Shown here: piece after piece, positions 13,276-26,660 of the stretch
How positions within the stretch are numbered: position 1 is the stretch's first letter
How the letters are laid out: each line of letters starts with the position of its first letter
Assembly: GCA_964016885.1 (NCBI GenBank)
Contig: OZ024740.1
Span: forward strand, 228,966,001 to 229,030,000
DNA: 64,000 nt
From: Eledone cirrhosa
Taxonomy: Eukaryota
Reading direction: 5' to 3'
The notes under the pieces: generated by a model
What the model was told of the DNA's origin: nothing
Database searches by the model: none
The model's input: only the letters and a program-made list of their open reading frames with translations
Program-made: the position numbers and the translations under genes

Positions 13276-14859
13276 ATATATATATGTGTATATTATATAA
13301 GATTATATGTATATGTACGTGGTTACATGTGTCTCTCTATGTGCTACAGTGAGCAACTCTGTATGTATGTATATGTGTGTAATTGCGTGCATGTTTGTAT
13401 ATAAACCTGTCGTATTTCTATGTATATGTGTCTGTTTGCGTTCGTATCCGTATGTGCCACACTGATCAACTTTATATATATATATGTGCGTATGTGTATG
13501 CACGTGTAAGTATGTGAGTGTATATTGTATGTATATTGTGTGTGTATATTGTATGTAAACCTGATGTACATGTGTGTGTATGTAAACTTATGTACATGTG
13601 TGTGTATGTAAATTTATGAACATGTGTGTGTATGTTTACATGTCTCCGTATGAGCGACACTGTATGTATATGCAGTATGCGTATGTATATATGTATTCGT
13701 TTGTGTGTATGTCTGTGTATATATGTTCGTCAGTGTGTATGTTTGTCTAAATATGATGTATAGCTATAGTTATATGCATGTGTGTGAGTGTGTTTACATT
13801 TGTCTCCGTATGAGCGACTCTGTATGTATGTGCGTATATGTATGTATACATATACACACACACATATATATATATATGTGTGTGTGTGCACATATATATA
13901 TATGTGTGTGTGTGTGTGTGTTCGACTATGTGAATGTATGTGTTCATATGTTGTACCTTAATATGTTTTAAAGCTATAGTTATATGCACATGTATGTGTG
14001 TGAGTGTGAATGTGTTAGTGTGTTTACATTTGTCTCTGTATGAACGACCCTATCTGTATGTATGTATGTATGTATGTACGTATGTAAAACCTGCGGCTCA
14101 GTAGTTACCGATGATGTTGATCTTTTCTTCTTTTCGAGTTATAGCTACTGTCGCTCAGAGAGTGGGATTGGCTCAGTGCACAGTCTTTCCTCACTTTAAA
14201 AAATATCTTCACGCACAGGCATTGCACGATAGAATTAATAATTATTAATAATGGTATATCGTGCAATGGCCATACTCGATAACGAGGGGGCAGCCATCAT
14301 CATGTATGTATGTATGTATGTATGTATGTATGTATGTATGTATGTATGTATGTATGCATGCATGTATGTGTGTGTGTATGTATATATGTATGCATGTATG
14401 TACAATGTGTCTGTTTGTGGTAATACAATGCCGTCTATCCAGCTCTTTCTATCGACCTTACCCTCCTACCACCATGACCAACCTTGTTCTATTACCTTTT
14501 CTCTCTCTGTGATTCATACCTGTCTCTCTCCCTACCCCTCTGTCTATTCGCTTCCCATTTTTTTTCCTTTGTCAACATCTATCACTCTTTCACTTATTTT
14601 CGCTCTTCCCCTACTTCTCTCCCTTCGTTTCTCCTCTGTCTATCTCCCTTCGTTTCTCGGTTTCGTTACTAAACACTCATACTATTTCACTTATCTATCC
14701 CCTCCCTTTCTGTCTTACTATTTCTATCTTACCTACCTCTGCCTTTACTCTTGTGTCCCTTATGTATTCTAGTCTTTCCTCTTCACCACTTTTTTACTAT
14801 TTTTTTTATCACTTACTCTCTCTCTTTCATTCTCACATTTTTCTTTCTCTGTCTCTGCT

Positions 14860-14927
<68 letters not shown>

Positions 14928-14943
14928 GCTCTCTCTCTCCTGC

Positions 14944-15010
<67 letters not shown>

Positions 15011-15124
15011 TGTTTCTCTCTCTCTTTCTCTCTGTGCCTCTTCTCCTCCTCTCTCTTTCTCTTTCTGCCTCTCCTTCTCTCTCTCTCTTTCTCCTGCTAT
15101 CACTCTTTATCTCTCTCTCTATTA

Positions 15125-15158
<34 letters not shown>

Positions 15159-15462
15159 TTAATATATATAAATATCTACCGTTTTCTCTTCACTGAATTT
15201 CTTTCTGACTTCTACATTAATCCCTCTCTCACGTTTATGTACCTATCTTCCTTTCCCCCTCTCAACCCTCTAAGTGTTTCTCACACATTTCTCTTTATGG
15301 TTATCTCTTACTCTATCTTTCTTAAACTATATTTTCTCTCTATCGCATGGATGCTTTGCTTTCCACGTCTTCTATCAAACACATTCCAGTTTTACCGCTA
15401 AACAAAGGATAACACTGTATATATATACGTATATATCTATGTACTATATCTTTAATGTATAC

Positions 15463-15495
<33 letters not shown>

Positions 15496-15497
15496 TG

Positions 15498-15542
<45 letters not shown>

Positions 15543-15638
15543 ACACACAGACATATATATATATATATATATATATGTACATATATATATATATGTAGAT
15601 ATATATATATACATACATATATATATTATATATATATT

Positions 15639-15718
<80 letters not shown>

Positions 15719-15805
15719 TACATACATGCACACATATATATATAAATATATGTATACGTATATAAATATGTATTAATGTTTGTATACACACATGGATGTA
15801 TGTGC

Positions 15806-15851
<46 letters not shown>

Positions 15852-15856
15852 ATGTA

Positions 15857-15888
<32 letters not shown>

Positions 15889-16524
15889 CAGATGTATATA
15901 AATATATATACATATATATATACATATACATACATACACAAACGCAACACACACACACATATACGCACGTAGACACACAGACACACACATCTCCAGAGGT
16001 ACACATAAACTGTGTCCAAATATATTAACGAATATCTATACACACATATACACACACATGCATTCACAGCACACACTCACACACAGACATACACATAAAC
16101 ACACATGCACCCCCACACACGCACGTACATATACCTACACGTCTACACACGCACGTACATATACCTACACGTCTACACACGCACGTACATATACCTACAC
16201 GTCTACACACGCACGTACATATACAGACACGCAAATCTCCAAATATATCAACGAATATATATATGGTGCCCCAGCATGGCCTCAGCCGGATGGCTGAAAC
16301 AGGTAAAAGAATATATATATACACACACACACGCATGCACACGTACACACACACATACTCACACATCTACACACATATACATACTCATACATACACATAA
16401 ACGCACATATACTCATACACACTCATCCACAAATACAAGTGTGTAGAATACAAGTTGGTAGAATTAACAGAGCATTGAATGTGATGCCTTGCGGTATTTT
16501 TTGAGGATTTGGGGGTCTTTAGTT

Positions 16525-16593
<69 letters not shown>

Positions 16594-16618
16594 TTAATAT
16601 ATATATATACTTAATACT

Positions 16619-16657
<39 letters not shown>

Positions 16658-16799
16658 ATATATATATAAGTATTAAGTTGTTAAACAATATTCGATGATT
16701 ATGTCAAAGAATGAGTTTTACAGTAGATTGGAAGCACTCAACGGCTAAATTTCAGGAGTTATTAATATAAGTATTAATAAAATAGATGTTCTTTTGATC

Positions 16800-16863
16800 A
16801 ATTACATTTTATTATACATATTTCGGATGTACAACAGTACGTCCTCATCAGACAAAATATAAT
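16800..16863 (-). ncRNA. Type I hammerhead ribozyme (inverted copy of 17170-17234)
   Basis: Reverse complement of the HHR at 17170-17234. Confidence 0.75.
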
Positions 16864-16989
16864 TTTTTCTTACTCACACATTCTCTAATGAATTCATTAC
16901 GTTTTCGCACTCTCACACACATATTATATAAGCTAAATTTTCTATCGGGTAATCACTACCTTGATTAAATCTTAACCGTTTAACAGCTC

Positions 16990-17173
16990 AGGGTATTGGC
17001 AGCATCGGTAGAGGGTCTGACGCCATGCTTTCCAGCATAGTTACGTCCCTTTACGATCTGAGTTCAAATCCCGCCGAGGTTGACTTTGCCTTTCATCCTT
17101 ACGGGGTCGATAAAATAAAGTACCAGTAATTCACTGGGTTATTGCTGGTCTTGTGCCTAAAGTAGAAACAATT
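16990..17173 (+). mobile_element. Nin-domain tRNA SINE
   Basis: Same family as the other copies; ends aaagtagaaacaatt. Confidence 0.85.
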
Positions 17174-17234
17174 ATATTTTGTCTGATGAGGACGTACTGT
17201 TGTACATCCGAAATATGTATAATAAAATGTAATT
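17170..17234 (+). ncRNA. Type I hammerhead ribozyme
   Basis: aattatattttgt-CTGATGA-GGAcGTAC-tgtt-GTACaTCC-GAAA-TAtgTA-TA^ataaaatgtaatt. 13-bp stem I including GU pairs, near-palindromic stem III. Confidence 0.8.
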
Positions 17235-17654
17235 GATCCAAAGTACATCTATTTTATTAATACTTTTATATTTATATATATATATATATATATAAACATA
17301 AATTATCGAGATTCGCATTTCGGCCCACGAAATAACGAAAAAAAACCTCCGAGATGTGAGGCAAGTGCTCAATGATTCAGATGAACCAGAGCTATAACAA
17401 ACGTTAAAGGCCAAACACACTGAGACGATGGTTAAACAATCATTCGCATAGCCAAAAAAACGATCAAGTAATTCGGGTATTGAAGATTTATATATATATA
17501 TATATCAATTATAAGAAAGTTAATGAAATATATTCATACACACTTAACGTGGTATTCTGTGGTATCCACTGACGCAGAACACCACGGTATTAGAATGTGC
17601 TAAATATAACAAGGTGCTGCAGATATTCGCACAAAATCAGAGAGGAGCTTACAT

Positions 17655-17866
17655 ATGGAGGCATATCTGAGGATCTTTCGATTCCAGAGTCAGGTTCGAT
17701 CAATAATAGATCGTTCCTCGAGCTGATCGACAGTGAAACATGTTATAAATATGTTATTATACAACACTGATTCTTTGTTCCTTTATTCTTATACTATTAT
17801 ACTCTGCTCTGCACGAGCATCGAGTGCTCACCCAGCATACCACCTACGAACACAATTATCTTGCCC
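17655..17866 (+). mobile_element. Family F5 element copy (HHR with long stem II)
   Basis: catat-CTGAGGA-tct...agt-GAAA-catg; similar to 26765-26990. Confidence 0.65.
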
Positions 17867-17974
<108 letters not shown>

Positions 17975-17975
17975 T

Positions 17976-18311
17976 TATTTATTAAAATAACAGATTAAAG
18001 TTTAAGCAAAGAATCGCTGCTTTCACCCTTAACGGGATCTTCTGAAACTTGTATAGGGAACGTTTCCACGAACCAAAGTATCGTCTTCCTGTCTTCCTCC
18101 GGTTGCAACGTTTTTTGAAATATTCACTTCTGCGTTTACAGATTGACTTTATTAGTTTCAGAAGATCCCATTAAGGTTGAAAGCAGCGATTCTTTGCTTA
18201 AACTTTAATCTGTTATTTTAATAAATATTTGCTCTACGGTTCTTATATATTTTATATATATTTATCCTTATCGAGCCCTCTTTGGATTTTAGTCTTCAAA
18301 TTTATTATTAT

Positions 18312-18315
<4 letters not shown>
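17976..18315 (+). mobile_element. Fold-back element in (TA)n
   Basis: Arms ~17976-18048/~18155-18226, tail to ~18315; spacer resembles 47230-47320. Confidence 0.7.
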
Positions 18316-18376
<61 letters not shown>

Positions 18377-18542
18377 AATAATGAATCAAAACATATCAAA
18401 TATGTTTTAGAATGTTGTGTTTCTCCATAGGCAAACTGACATATGCGATATATGACTCTTTCTCTCTCTGTATATACATATATCTCTTTATTTGGTTATA
18501 TATATATAGTTTTGATCTTATATTTGTGTTTAACTTTAGCTA

Positions 18543-18592
18543 TCAACTCCGATGATACCAGCCTTGTGCTAGGATGAAACGTTCGTCAGTGA
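18543..18592 (+). ncRNA. Hammerhead-like motif (U4>C variant)
   Basis: act-CCGATGA-taccAGCcttgtGCTaggat-GAAA-CGttCG-TC^agt; located between (TA)n arrays. Confidence 0.5.
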
Positions 18593-18632
18593 TTAAATGT
18601 TTGAAAGATTAAACACTCTTTGATTATCATTT

Positions 18633-18723
<91 letters not shown>

Positions 18724-18731
<8 letters not shown>

Positions 18732-19467
18732 AATAACGAAACGAAATTAAATTTCGTTTCGCTTCTAACTCACTTTTGTATGACTGACGCTTAAACAATT
18801 AAGTTAAAGTGTACATCTACATATGTATACGGAAGTATTAGTATGCATATAAATACACACATGTATACATATGTACATGTACTGAGTTTTTCACTAGACA
18901 CTTTACAGTACATGTACATATGTATACATGTGTGTATTTATATGCATACTAATACTTCCGTATACATATGTAGATGTACACTTTAACTTAATTGTTTAAG
19001 CGTCAGTCATACAAAAGTGAGTTAGAAGCGAAACGAAATTTAATTTCGTTTCGTTATTTGTTTTTATCGTTTCCGCTGAACCGGTGCGTACAATGACTCA
19101 CGTTCTATGCAAATTAGTCTACCCACTACTAATTTTCATAGAAAAAGCATATAACGATATGTGCTTTTACAATTCTCCAGAGAAGCCGGAAGATGGGTAA
19201 ATATTGCTGATGAGATGTAATAACATCGAAACTAGTCCAATATTCCTGTCTGGCCCTCTGGAGAATAGAGGAAATGTGTTTCCTTGAAAACTCGTATGAC
19301 TCTAAAACCCGGTCCGTCTGTGTGGTTACATACAGACTAGCTGACACTCACTGTAAAGTGTCTAGTGAAAAACTCAGTACATGTACATATGTATACATGT
19401 GTGTATTTATATGCATACTAATACTTCCGTATACATATGTAGATGTACACTTTAACTTAATTGTTTA
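18724..19467 (+). mobile_element. 469-nt retrozyme-like unit (partial tandem) with inverted 5' arm (family F3)
   Basis: 18906-18998 = 19375-19467 (period 469). 18724-18909 is the reverse complement of [19350-19467 + 18999-19066]. (TA)n on both sides. Confidence 0.85.
19200..19244 (+). ncRNA. Canonical minimal type I hammerhead ribozyme
   Basis: AATATTG-CTGATGA-GATGT-aata-ACATC-GAAA-CTAG-TC^CAATATT. All stems perfect, cleavage after C19237. Stem I extends via attctccagag/ctctggagaat (19172-19266). Confidence 0.9.
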
Positions 19468-19475
19468 TATATATA

Positions 19476-20044
19476 TTGTTTTTGAATTTGTTTTGCAAGA
19501 TTTATTATCTGAAAACGTGTGTTGAAACAGATATTGTTATACTTTGGGAGGGTCATGCTGCCAATAAAAACACATGCACCTGTTAGTTTTCACTTCAATT
19601 TATTATAAGTATCCGGTTGGTTGGCTGGTTGGTTCGATAACCGGAAAGTTGTTTATATATTTTCAAAGCTCTTTGGTCACACATTCTGTGACCTCCTCAG
19701 CGACTAAGTTTTTATTTTGTGTGCCTCTCCTTTTTCTGTCCTAAACCATCTTGTTTTTGTGTGTTTTCTTTTTTATTATTTGTCTCACTAGCTCTTTTTG
19801 ATTACCAACACACATCACAGAAAAACAAGATGGTGTAGGACAGAACAAAGGAGAGACACAAAATAAAAAAACTAGTCCCTGAGGAATTCACAGAATGTGT
19901 GACGAATGAGCTTTGACAATATATAACCAACCTTCCGGTTATCAAACCAACCAACCAGCCGGAAACTTATGCTAAATTGAAGTGAATACTAACCGGTGCG
20001 TGTGTTTTTATTGGGAGCATGGCCCTCCCAAAGTATAACAATAT
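19476..20044 (-). mobile_element. Family F1 fold-back element with degenerate HHRs
   Basis: Tail 19476-19530, arms 19531-~19760/~19820-20044. CTGAGGA..TCACAgaatgTGTGAC in both arms, each with a mutated GAAA. Confidence 0.8.
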
Positions 20045-20059
20045 ATATATATATATATG

Positions 20060-20091
<32 letters not shown>

Positions 20092-20124
20092 TGTATGTAT
20101 GTATGTATGTATGTATGTATGTAT

Positions 20125-20728
20125 GTCACAACTTGGTGCTACTGGTAACATGTATCCCAGTACAACCTGTCTCATGGTCTGGTCGCTGGCGACTAAACTG
20201 GCAACCCCACCAAGGTTCCTTGGTGAAGAGGGTGACTTTGGACATCCTGCAGGACTAAAAACAAAACCTGTCAAAGGACAAAGGACCTCTTAAGAGTCAA
20301 TGGCCATCCAAAATCACCGGGAGAGATGATCCCTTAGCCTTTGTCAAGGCAGAATTCTAGGAGAAGGAAAACTCTGATATAACACCTGCAACCCTGATGG
20401 TATCCAATGATGTTGACTTGTTCTTCTTTTTGGTAAATATCATCTTGGTTAAAAGAGTGGGACTGGCTTTGTGCAGTGCTTTTGCTCACTATAAAAGCTT
20501 CACGGCACAGGCATTGCTTTATATCTGGAGATCTCTCTGCACTTGTCGTCACATGGTACCATGGGCCCAGCACTATGTGTCAATAATTGTCACAAGTGTA
20601 GTGTTTTTATCAGAGTTTTCAAGTCGCTGGCTGGACTAAAAAGTCACACTTGTTCAGCCCATCGGTAGGAGTTCTCCTACATGGATATAAGGTAGTGGCC
20701 GTACACGAAAACGAGTTGGCAGCCACCA
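20125..20728 (+). mobile_element. Longest copy of RTE-related SINE-like repeat
   Basis: Extends ~200 bp 5' of the other copies; bordered by (TATG)n on both sides. Confidence 0.7.
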
Positions 20729-20742
20729 TGTATGTATGTATG

Positions 20743-20821
<79 letters not shown>

Positions 20822-20827
<6 letters not shown>

Positions 20828-21316
20828 GCGAGCTGTGTTGTTGCATTTAAGTATAAAAAATGAAGAATTAAAAATAGAAGTTAGGAATATCCATCATCAG
20901 TTGTCTACTAACCATCATAGGTATTTCTTCGCATTACAGACATATACCTCCGCCTAGGGCGATACAATAACTAAAATAAGTTATTGGGATAAAAAGAGTT
21001 GGGTGGAGTAAGAGAGACATGTAAACAGACAGGAATGGTGAGACAACGTAAAGAGGAAAAAATGAAAAAAAATCAAGTCAATAATTCATTTCGAACATAA
21101 GAACAGACGAATATTAACGAGGAGAACCCGGACACATCTTAACCGTATGGATGTGAGTGAGAAGAAAGACCACGTACAGTGTGGATCCCCATAAGTTATT
21201 TTAGTTATTGTATCGCCCTAGACGGAGGTATATTGTCTGTAATGCGAAGAAATACCTATGATGGCTAGTAGACAACTGATGATGGATAATCCTAACTTCT
21301 AGTTCTAATTCTTCAT

Positions 21317-21318
<2 letters not shown>
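20822..21318 (-). mobile_element. Fold-back element in (TA)n
   Basis: Arms 20859-20979/21196-21317, short tail 20822-20858. Confidence 0.75.
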
Positions 21319-21389
<71 letters not shown>

Positions 21390-21783
21390 TGTGCATGTGT
21401 GTGTGTGTGTGTATATAATAGTTAAGATGAGTTGATAACATGATAACACAACCTTATAAAGGCAAAGAATAATTCAAACCTCCAATGTGATTTTATAGTC
21501 CACAGCAAGATAGGTAATATACAGTTCAAAATTTAATCTAATCGGTAGATTTCCAATCAGAGTAGTTTTACAATATCACAAAGCATATATAAAATGAATA
21601 AAAACAACCAAGATTAAATGACATGAAATTATGTGATTGATTCGCGAGATATTTATGTTATTTATGTTATTTAATAGACTCTGATGTGATCAATACAACA
21701 GGAATGAATGTTCATGTTGTGTTGATCGAAACATTCACCAATCAATCAAATGATTTAATGTATGTTAATCGTGGTTATATATA

Positions 21784-22256
21784 CTAGCAGAAAAACTACC
21801 CTTGGGGTGGTTTTCTGCTAGCATGTGTAGTGTGTATATTGATATTATACGCAAGTATATATGCATGTAGATATGATACATCAAATAAAATCTTAATTGA
21901 CAATATACACAGAAATTGAACGAAGACTGCGTTACACCGTCTTATGTAATCAGTAACGTAATCCATGATACATTAAAAAAAGACGATATTATATATAAAC
22001 TGCATTAAAAGAAAATTAGTGACGGAAATATATGAATATTTATTTAAGCGATCGCTAACCGGAAGTGTTGACATTTGAAAATTTTAAAGAAGTAAATCCT
22101 CAAATAAGTAATAAAATATATTTAATGAACAGCCACGAAATTTAGTAGATAAATTATGTAATATTCATTCATTGTTTATTCAAAGTAATCCAACTTATTT
22201 TATTAATAGGATAAAAAATTATAATCTGTACGCAGTCCAGCGCTCCTTACTTTATT

Positions 22257-22264
<8 letters not shown>
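21784..22264 (-). mobile_element. Non-autonomous Helitron-like element
   Basis: Minus-strand 3' hairpin + CTAG|T; 5' aaactataataaag; second copy at 27345-28005. Confidence 0.55.
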
Positions 22265-22321
<57 letters not shown>

Positions 22322-22357
22322 ATTCATTTGATTGTATATATTTATATATATATATAT

Positions 22358-22803
22358 ATATTGTTATTCTTTTGGGAGGGTCATGTTGCCAATAAGAAAC
22401 ACACGCACCAGTTGCTTTCACTCCAATGTATTATAAATTAAATTTATAAATTTAAGAATTTATAAATTTCCGGTTGGTTGGTTCCATAACCGGACGGTTG
22501 TTCATATATTGTCAAAGTTCTTTTGTCACACATTCGGTGACCTCTTCAGTGACGAGATTCTTTTCTTTGTTTTGACGAAAGAACTTTGACAATATATGAA
22601 CAACCGTCCGGTTGTGGAACCAACCAACCAACCGGAAATTTATAAATTCTTAAATTTATAAATTTAATTTATAATAAATTGGAGTGAAAGCAACTGGTGC
22701 GTGTGTTTCTTATTGGCAACGTGACCCTCCTAAAGCATAACAATATCGGTTTCAACACACGTTTTCAGATAAAGAATCTTGCTAAACAAATTCAGAAACG
22801 AAA
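22358..22803 (+). mobile_element. Family F1 fold-back element with HHR remnants
   Basis: Arms 22358-22528/22573-22746, tail 22747-22803. Minus strand has gtca-CTGAAGA-ggtcac..gtgac-aAAA-gaactt-tgac at ~22511-22553. Confidence 0.85.
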
Positions 22804-22881
22804 TATATATATATATATATCCCAAGTAACCTACAGCGTCATTTCTATGCGTGTATATTTTTTTTTTTTTTTTTTTTGGGA

Positions 22882-23050
22882 CGATCGACTTTCGTCAAAT
22901 CGGACCGAGGAAACAATGTTTCCGTTGGTCTTTCTATTTGCTAATACTATCTATCGGTCGCAACTCCAGGTAGAAGGAGCAACGTGAAATAAAGTGTCTT
23001 GCTCAAGGACATAACGCATCGCCTGGTCCAGGAATTGAACTCACAACCTC
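22882..23050 (-). mobile_element. tRNA-derived SINE with CORE-like domain
   Basis: Reverse complement of the 42006-42217 family. Confidence 0.75.
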
Positions 23051-23054
23051 ATGC

Positions 23055-23122
<68 letters not shown>

Positions 23123-23127
23123 TACAT

Positions 23128-23715
23128 AGACAGACAGATAACTTTCTTTTTATTTGCCACCAGGGCATCAAAGAGTGGGACAAGTACAATGGGGGAGTTT
23201 ACATAAAAAGGCGTCCTCAATAAGGAGGAGGCAATTAGAAGATATAAAAAATAATATATAAAATATAACAAAAATAAATTTAATAACAAAACCCTCAATA
23301 GGGAGGAGGCGCCTTGGGGGGCTCGCGCACACCCCCGAAAAAAGTGTGCAACCCTTTTCCTCAGGAGTACAGAGAGGGGGTGCTCCCTTGATCTTTCATC
23401 TTCCTCACCTATAGTCTGATGTAGAGTGAAGGCCCATTCACACGGGCCATTCTCGCCACTTTCACCCATCTTTCATAAAAACGGCTAGAGTGCAGCTCGG
23501 TGAGCGAGACGAGTCTGGGAAAGGCTCGCCTCACAAACGGGGCCCACACCGGTTGATCGGTGAGGAATACCTGGAGGTGCCGTAGCCTTAATTCGTGTTT
23601 ACGTATCATTAGCCACGGCATCCCCAGCCCTTCTTTCGAAGGGTGTTGACAGCAGATGGATCTCCTCACCATAGGAACCCGCTTCTTCCAAAGGAATTGG
23701 AAGAGTGCGCGCTCA
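23128..23715 (-). mobile_element. Tx1/L1-like LINE 3' fragment (internally deleted)
   Basis: RRSICCQHPSKEGLGMPWLMIRKH..RWVKVARMARV matches the 35508-36586 copy; tail tatctgtctgtctat. Confidence 0.85.
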
Positions 23716-23762
23716 TTCGAAGGAAATCATTCGAATGAAACATTTCTAGTCTTGTAGAAGCC

Positions 23763-23830
<68 letters not shown>

Positions 23831-24020
23831 GAAAATGTTCAGGACCCAGACGGCAGAGCTCAAGCCGTTTCGACGGCTATTTCAGTCCAGAAATAGCCGT
23901 CGGAACGGCTTGAGCTTTGCCGTCGGGGTCCTGAACATTTTCCTATTACTCACTCTACTACCCAAAGTATACTCTGGTGCGTTATGGTCCACCTGGTCCT
24001 TACCACACTTCCTTCGTTAT
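23831..24020 (+). mobile_element. Family F4 hairpin element in (TA)n
   Basis: Arms 23831-23883/23890-23942, tail to 24020; relatives at 25762-25944 and 54036-54247. Confidence 0.85.
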
Positions 24021-24040
24021 ATATATATATATATATATAT

Positions 24041-25258
24041 ACGATATTAAATAAATGGAAACTATATTTATAAAACCATATTTATTTCATTATATATATT
24101 TCAGGGATATCATATTAAAAATATGGTATGCCTTCTTCAGACAAAATACAATATAAACAGTCTTATAAATAGATAGATTTGACATACCTTACAACTTCAA
24201 CTTCCATTTAAAAAGTTGATTTGGTAGTGAAAAATGTTAGGGACAGTTATAAAAAGAAAGAAAGAAAAAAAGCGAAGAAAAAGAAGAAATGCATGCAACT
24301 AAATAGAGAGAGATAGATATAGAGAGATAGATAGAGAGAAGAAATTCATGTAAAGAAACAGAGAGAGATAGATAGAGAGAGAAAAAACACAGAGGGAGAT
24401 AGATAGAGAGAGAGAGAGAGAAGAGAGAGAGAGAAAAAATAGAGAGAGATAGATATAGATAGAGATAGAGAGAAAGAAAATAGGTAGTTGGGCACCAGTT
24501 GAATGACGTATCAATGATATATTTATTTATTTATTTAGTTCTAGTATTAAGGTAGAGAGAGATATATGTGGTTAGGAGAGAAAACAGCCGTTACATAGAG
24601 GGAAAAGAAAAATATCCAGATATAAACGAGGCGGATTTAAAACATTATGTTTCATCAATCTAAAAATATCAATTCGTATGAATTAGGTATTATAATGTAA
24701 ATATCAGTATTCATGAATGAGACACGTATCGATAATGTGTGAAAAATAATGATGATATGTCTAGTTTAAAATTCCTAGGTTTATATCAGAGTTGAGGTAA
24801 AAAAATGAGATAAAAAACTGAGATAAAAAACTGTGTTTTTTCTCTCTCTATCTATCTCTCTCTGTTTCTTTACATGAATTTCTTCTCTCTCTCTATATCT
24901 ATCTCTTTCTATTTAGTTGCATGCATTTCTTCTTTTTCTTCGCTTTTTTTCTTTCTTTCTTTTTATAACTGTCCCTAACATTTTTCACTACCAAATCAAC
25001 TTTTTAAATGGAAGTTGAAGTTGTAAGGTATGTCAAATCTATCTATTTATAAGACTGTTTATATTGTATTTTGTCTGAAGAAGGCATACCATATTTTTAA
25101 TATGATATCCCTGAAATATATATAATGAAATAAATATGGTTTTATAAATATAGTTTCCATTTATTTAATATCGTAAATATACTCCAAATACTTGTTGAGT
25201 GCTTTTATATCAGTTATAAATATTTACTCGTTGTAACCCAACAATTTAAATAAAACTT

Positions 25259-25262
<4 letters not shown>
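24041..25262 (+). mobile_element. Fold-back PLE-derived element with ~340-bp arms and HHR
   Basis: Arms 24041-~24380/~24840-25175, tail 25176-25262, (TA)n flanks. Confidence 0.85.
25062..25136 (+). ncRNA. Type I hammerhead ribozyme (inverted copy at ~24080-24154)
   Basis: attttgt-CTGAAGA-AGGcATAcCATATT-ttt-AATATGaTATcCCT-GAAA-TATATA-TA^atgaaat. Confidence 0.75.
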
Positions 25263-25298
<36 letters not shown>

Positions 25299-25335
25299 TA
25301 TATACGTATGTATATATATAGAGAGAGAGATTACC

Positions 25336-25732
25336 CCTTAGCCTTTGTCAAGGCAGAATTCTAGGAGAAGGAAAACTCTGATATAACACCTGCAACCCTG
25401 ATGGTATCCAATGATGTTGACTTGTTCTTCTTTTTGGTAAATATCATCTTGGTTAAGAGAGTGGGACTGGCTTGGTGCAGTGCCTTTGCTCACTATAAAA
25501 GCTTCACGGCACAGGCATTGCTTTATATCTGGAGATCTCTCTGCACTTGTCGTCACATGGTACCATGGGCCCAGCACTATGTGTCAATAATTGTCACAAG
25601 TGTAGTGTTTGTACCAGAGTTTTCAAGTCGCTGGCTGGACTAAAAAGTCACACTTGTTCAGCGCATCGCTAGAGGTTCTCCTACATGGATATAAAGTAGT
25701 GGCCGTACTCGAAAACGAGTTGGCAGCCACCA
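25336..25732 (+). mobile_element. RTE-related SINE-like repeat copy
   Basis: Near-identical to 20332-20728. Confidence 0.75.
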
Positions 25733-25761
<29 letters not shown>

Positions 25762-25764
<3 letters not shown>

Positions 25765-25942
25765 CGAAGGAACCAGGTGGACCATAACGCACCAAAGTAC
25801 CCAATACTTAAGGTAGTAGAGTGGGTAATAGGAACGAGTAGGACCCCGACGGCTGAGCTCAAGCCGTTTCGACGGCTAATTCTGGACTCAGAATTAGCCG
25901 TCAAAACGGCTTGAGCTCAGCCGTCGGGGTCCTACTCGTTCC

Positions 25943-25944
<2 letters not shown>
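25762..25944 (-). mobile_element. Family F4 hairpin element
   Basis: Arms ~25828-25884/~25889-25944, tail 25762-25827. Confidence 0.85.
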
Positions 25945-26028
<84 letters not shown>

Positions 26029-26036
26029 ACTTAAAC

Positions 26037-26095
<59 letters not shown>

Positions 26096-26104
26096 TATGT
26101 TTAA

Positions 26105-26560
26105 GTATTGGCAGCAGATCGCAATAATTAGCGCCCAAAAGCAAGGGATGGTGTGAAATGTTTGGGGAAAAACAGAATAAAAGATGCCAATCTAAAACGT
26201 AAAGCCAGGAGAAACCAGATGGTTAGAGAACCATGGCGGTAAGGTTTCGTTTTGTGAAATTTGTGGTAAAATATGTCTATCTCTTGCCGGCCTTAAATCC
26301 CACACCCAGAGTACACATCAATCTGTCTCATATTGACTATAACAGTTACATATCAGTACACCCTAATCAATGTCACATCTGCCACACTATTTATAAATCA
26401 CAGAGAGTTTTCAAGAGCCATGTTAAAGTACATAAAGTACAGTCTTCGCCAAAACTTACCTGTATTTTGTGTGGTTGATCTTTTGCTTCCATACCTGGGC
26501 TAAAAGGCCACATAAGACACCATGCTAGAAATGATATTCATGCTCTGCATAGAGCAGACA
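26105..26560 (+). pseudogene. LINE (RTE-like) C-terminal remnant with three C2H2 zinc fingers
   Basis: CEICGKICLSLAGLKSHTRVH, CHICHTIYKSQRVFKSHVKVH and CILCG*SFASIPGLKGHIRHH, following an ADR..R...KRKAR segment. Stops and a frameshift present; (CA)n tail. Confidence 0.6.
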
Positions 26561-26563
26561 ACC

Positions 26564-26645
<82 letters not shown>

Positions 26646-26660
26646 TATATATACATATAT

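Larger units (their letters stand above)
16668..17268 (-). mobile_element. Fold-back PLE-derived element with an HHR in both arms (SINE inserted in spacer)
   Basis: Tail 16668-16768, arms 16769-16863/17170-17265, flanked by (TA)n. Confidence 0.8.

Noticed and set aside
21276-21305. CTGATGA-tGGAtaaTCC hammerhead candidate
   Set aside because: GAAA is replaced by TAAC in both arms and there is no convincing stem I or III.
26233-26530. Host C2H2 zinc-finger gene
   Set aside because: No TGEKP linkers, contains stops, follows a LINE C-terminal motif and ends in a microsatellite tail.
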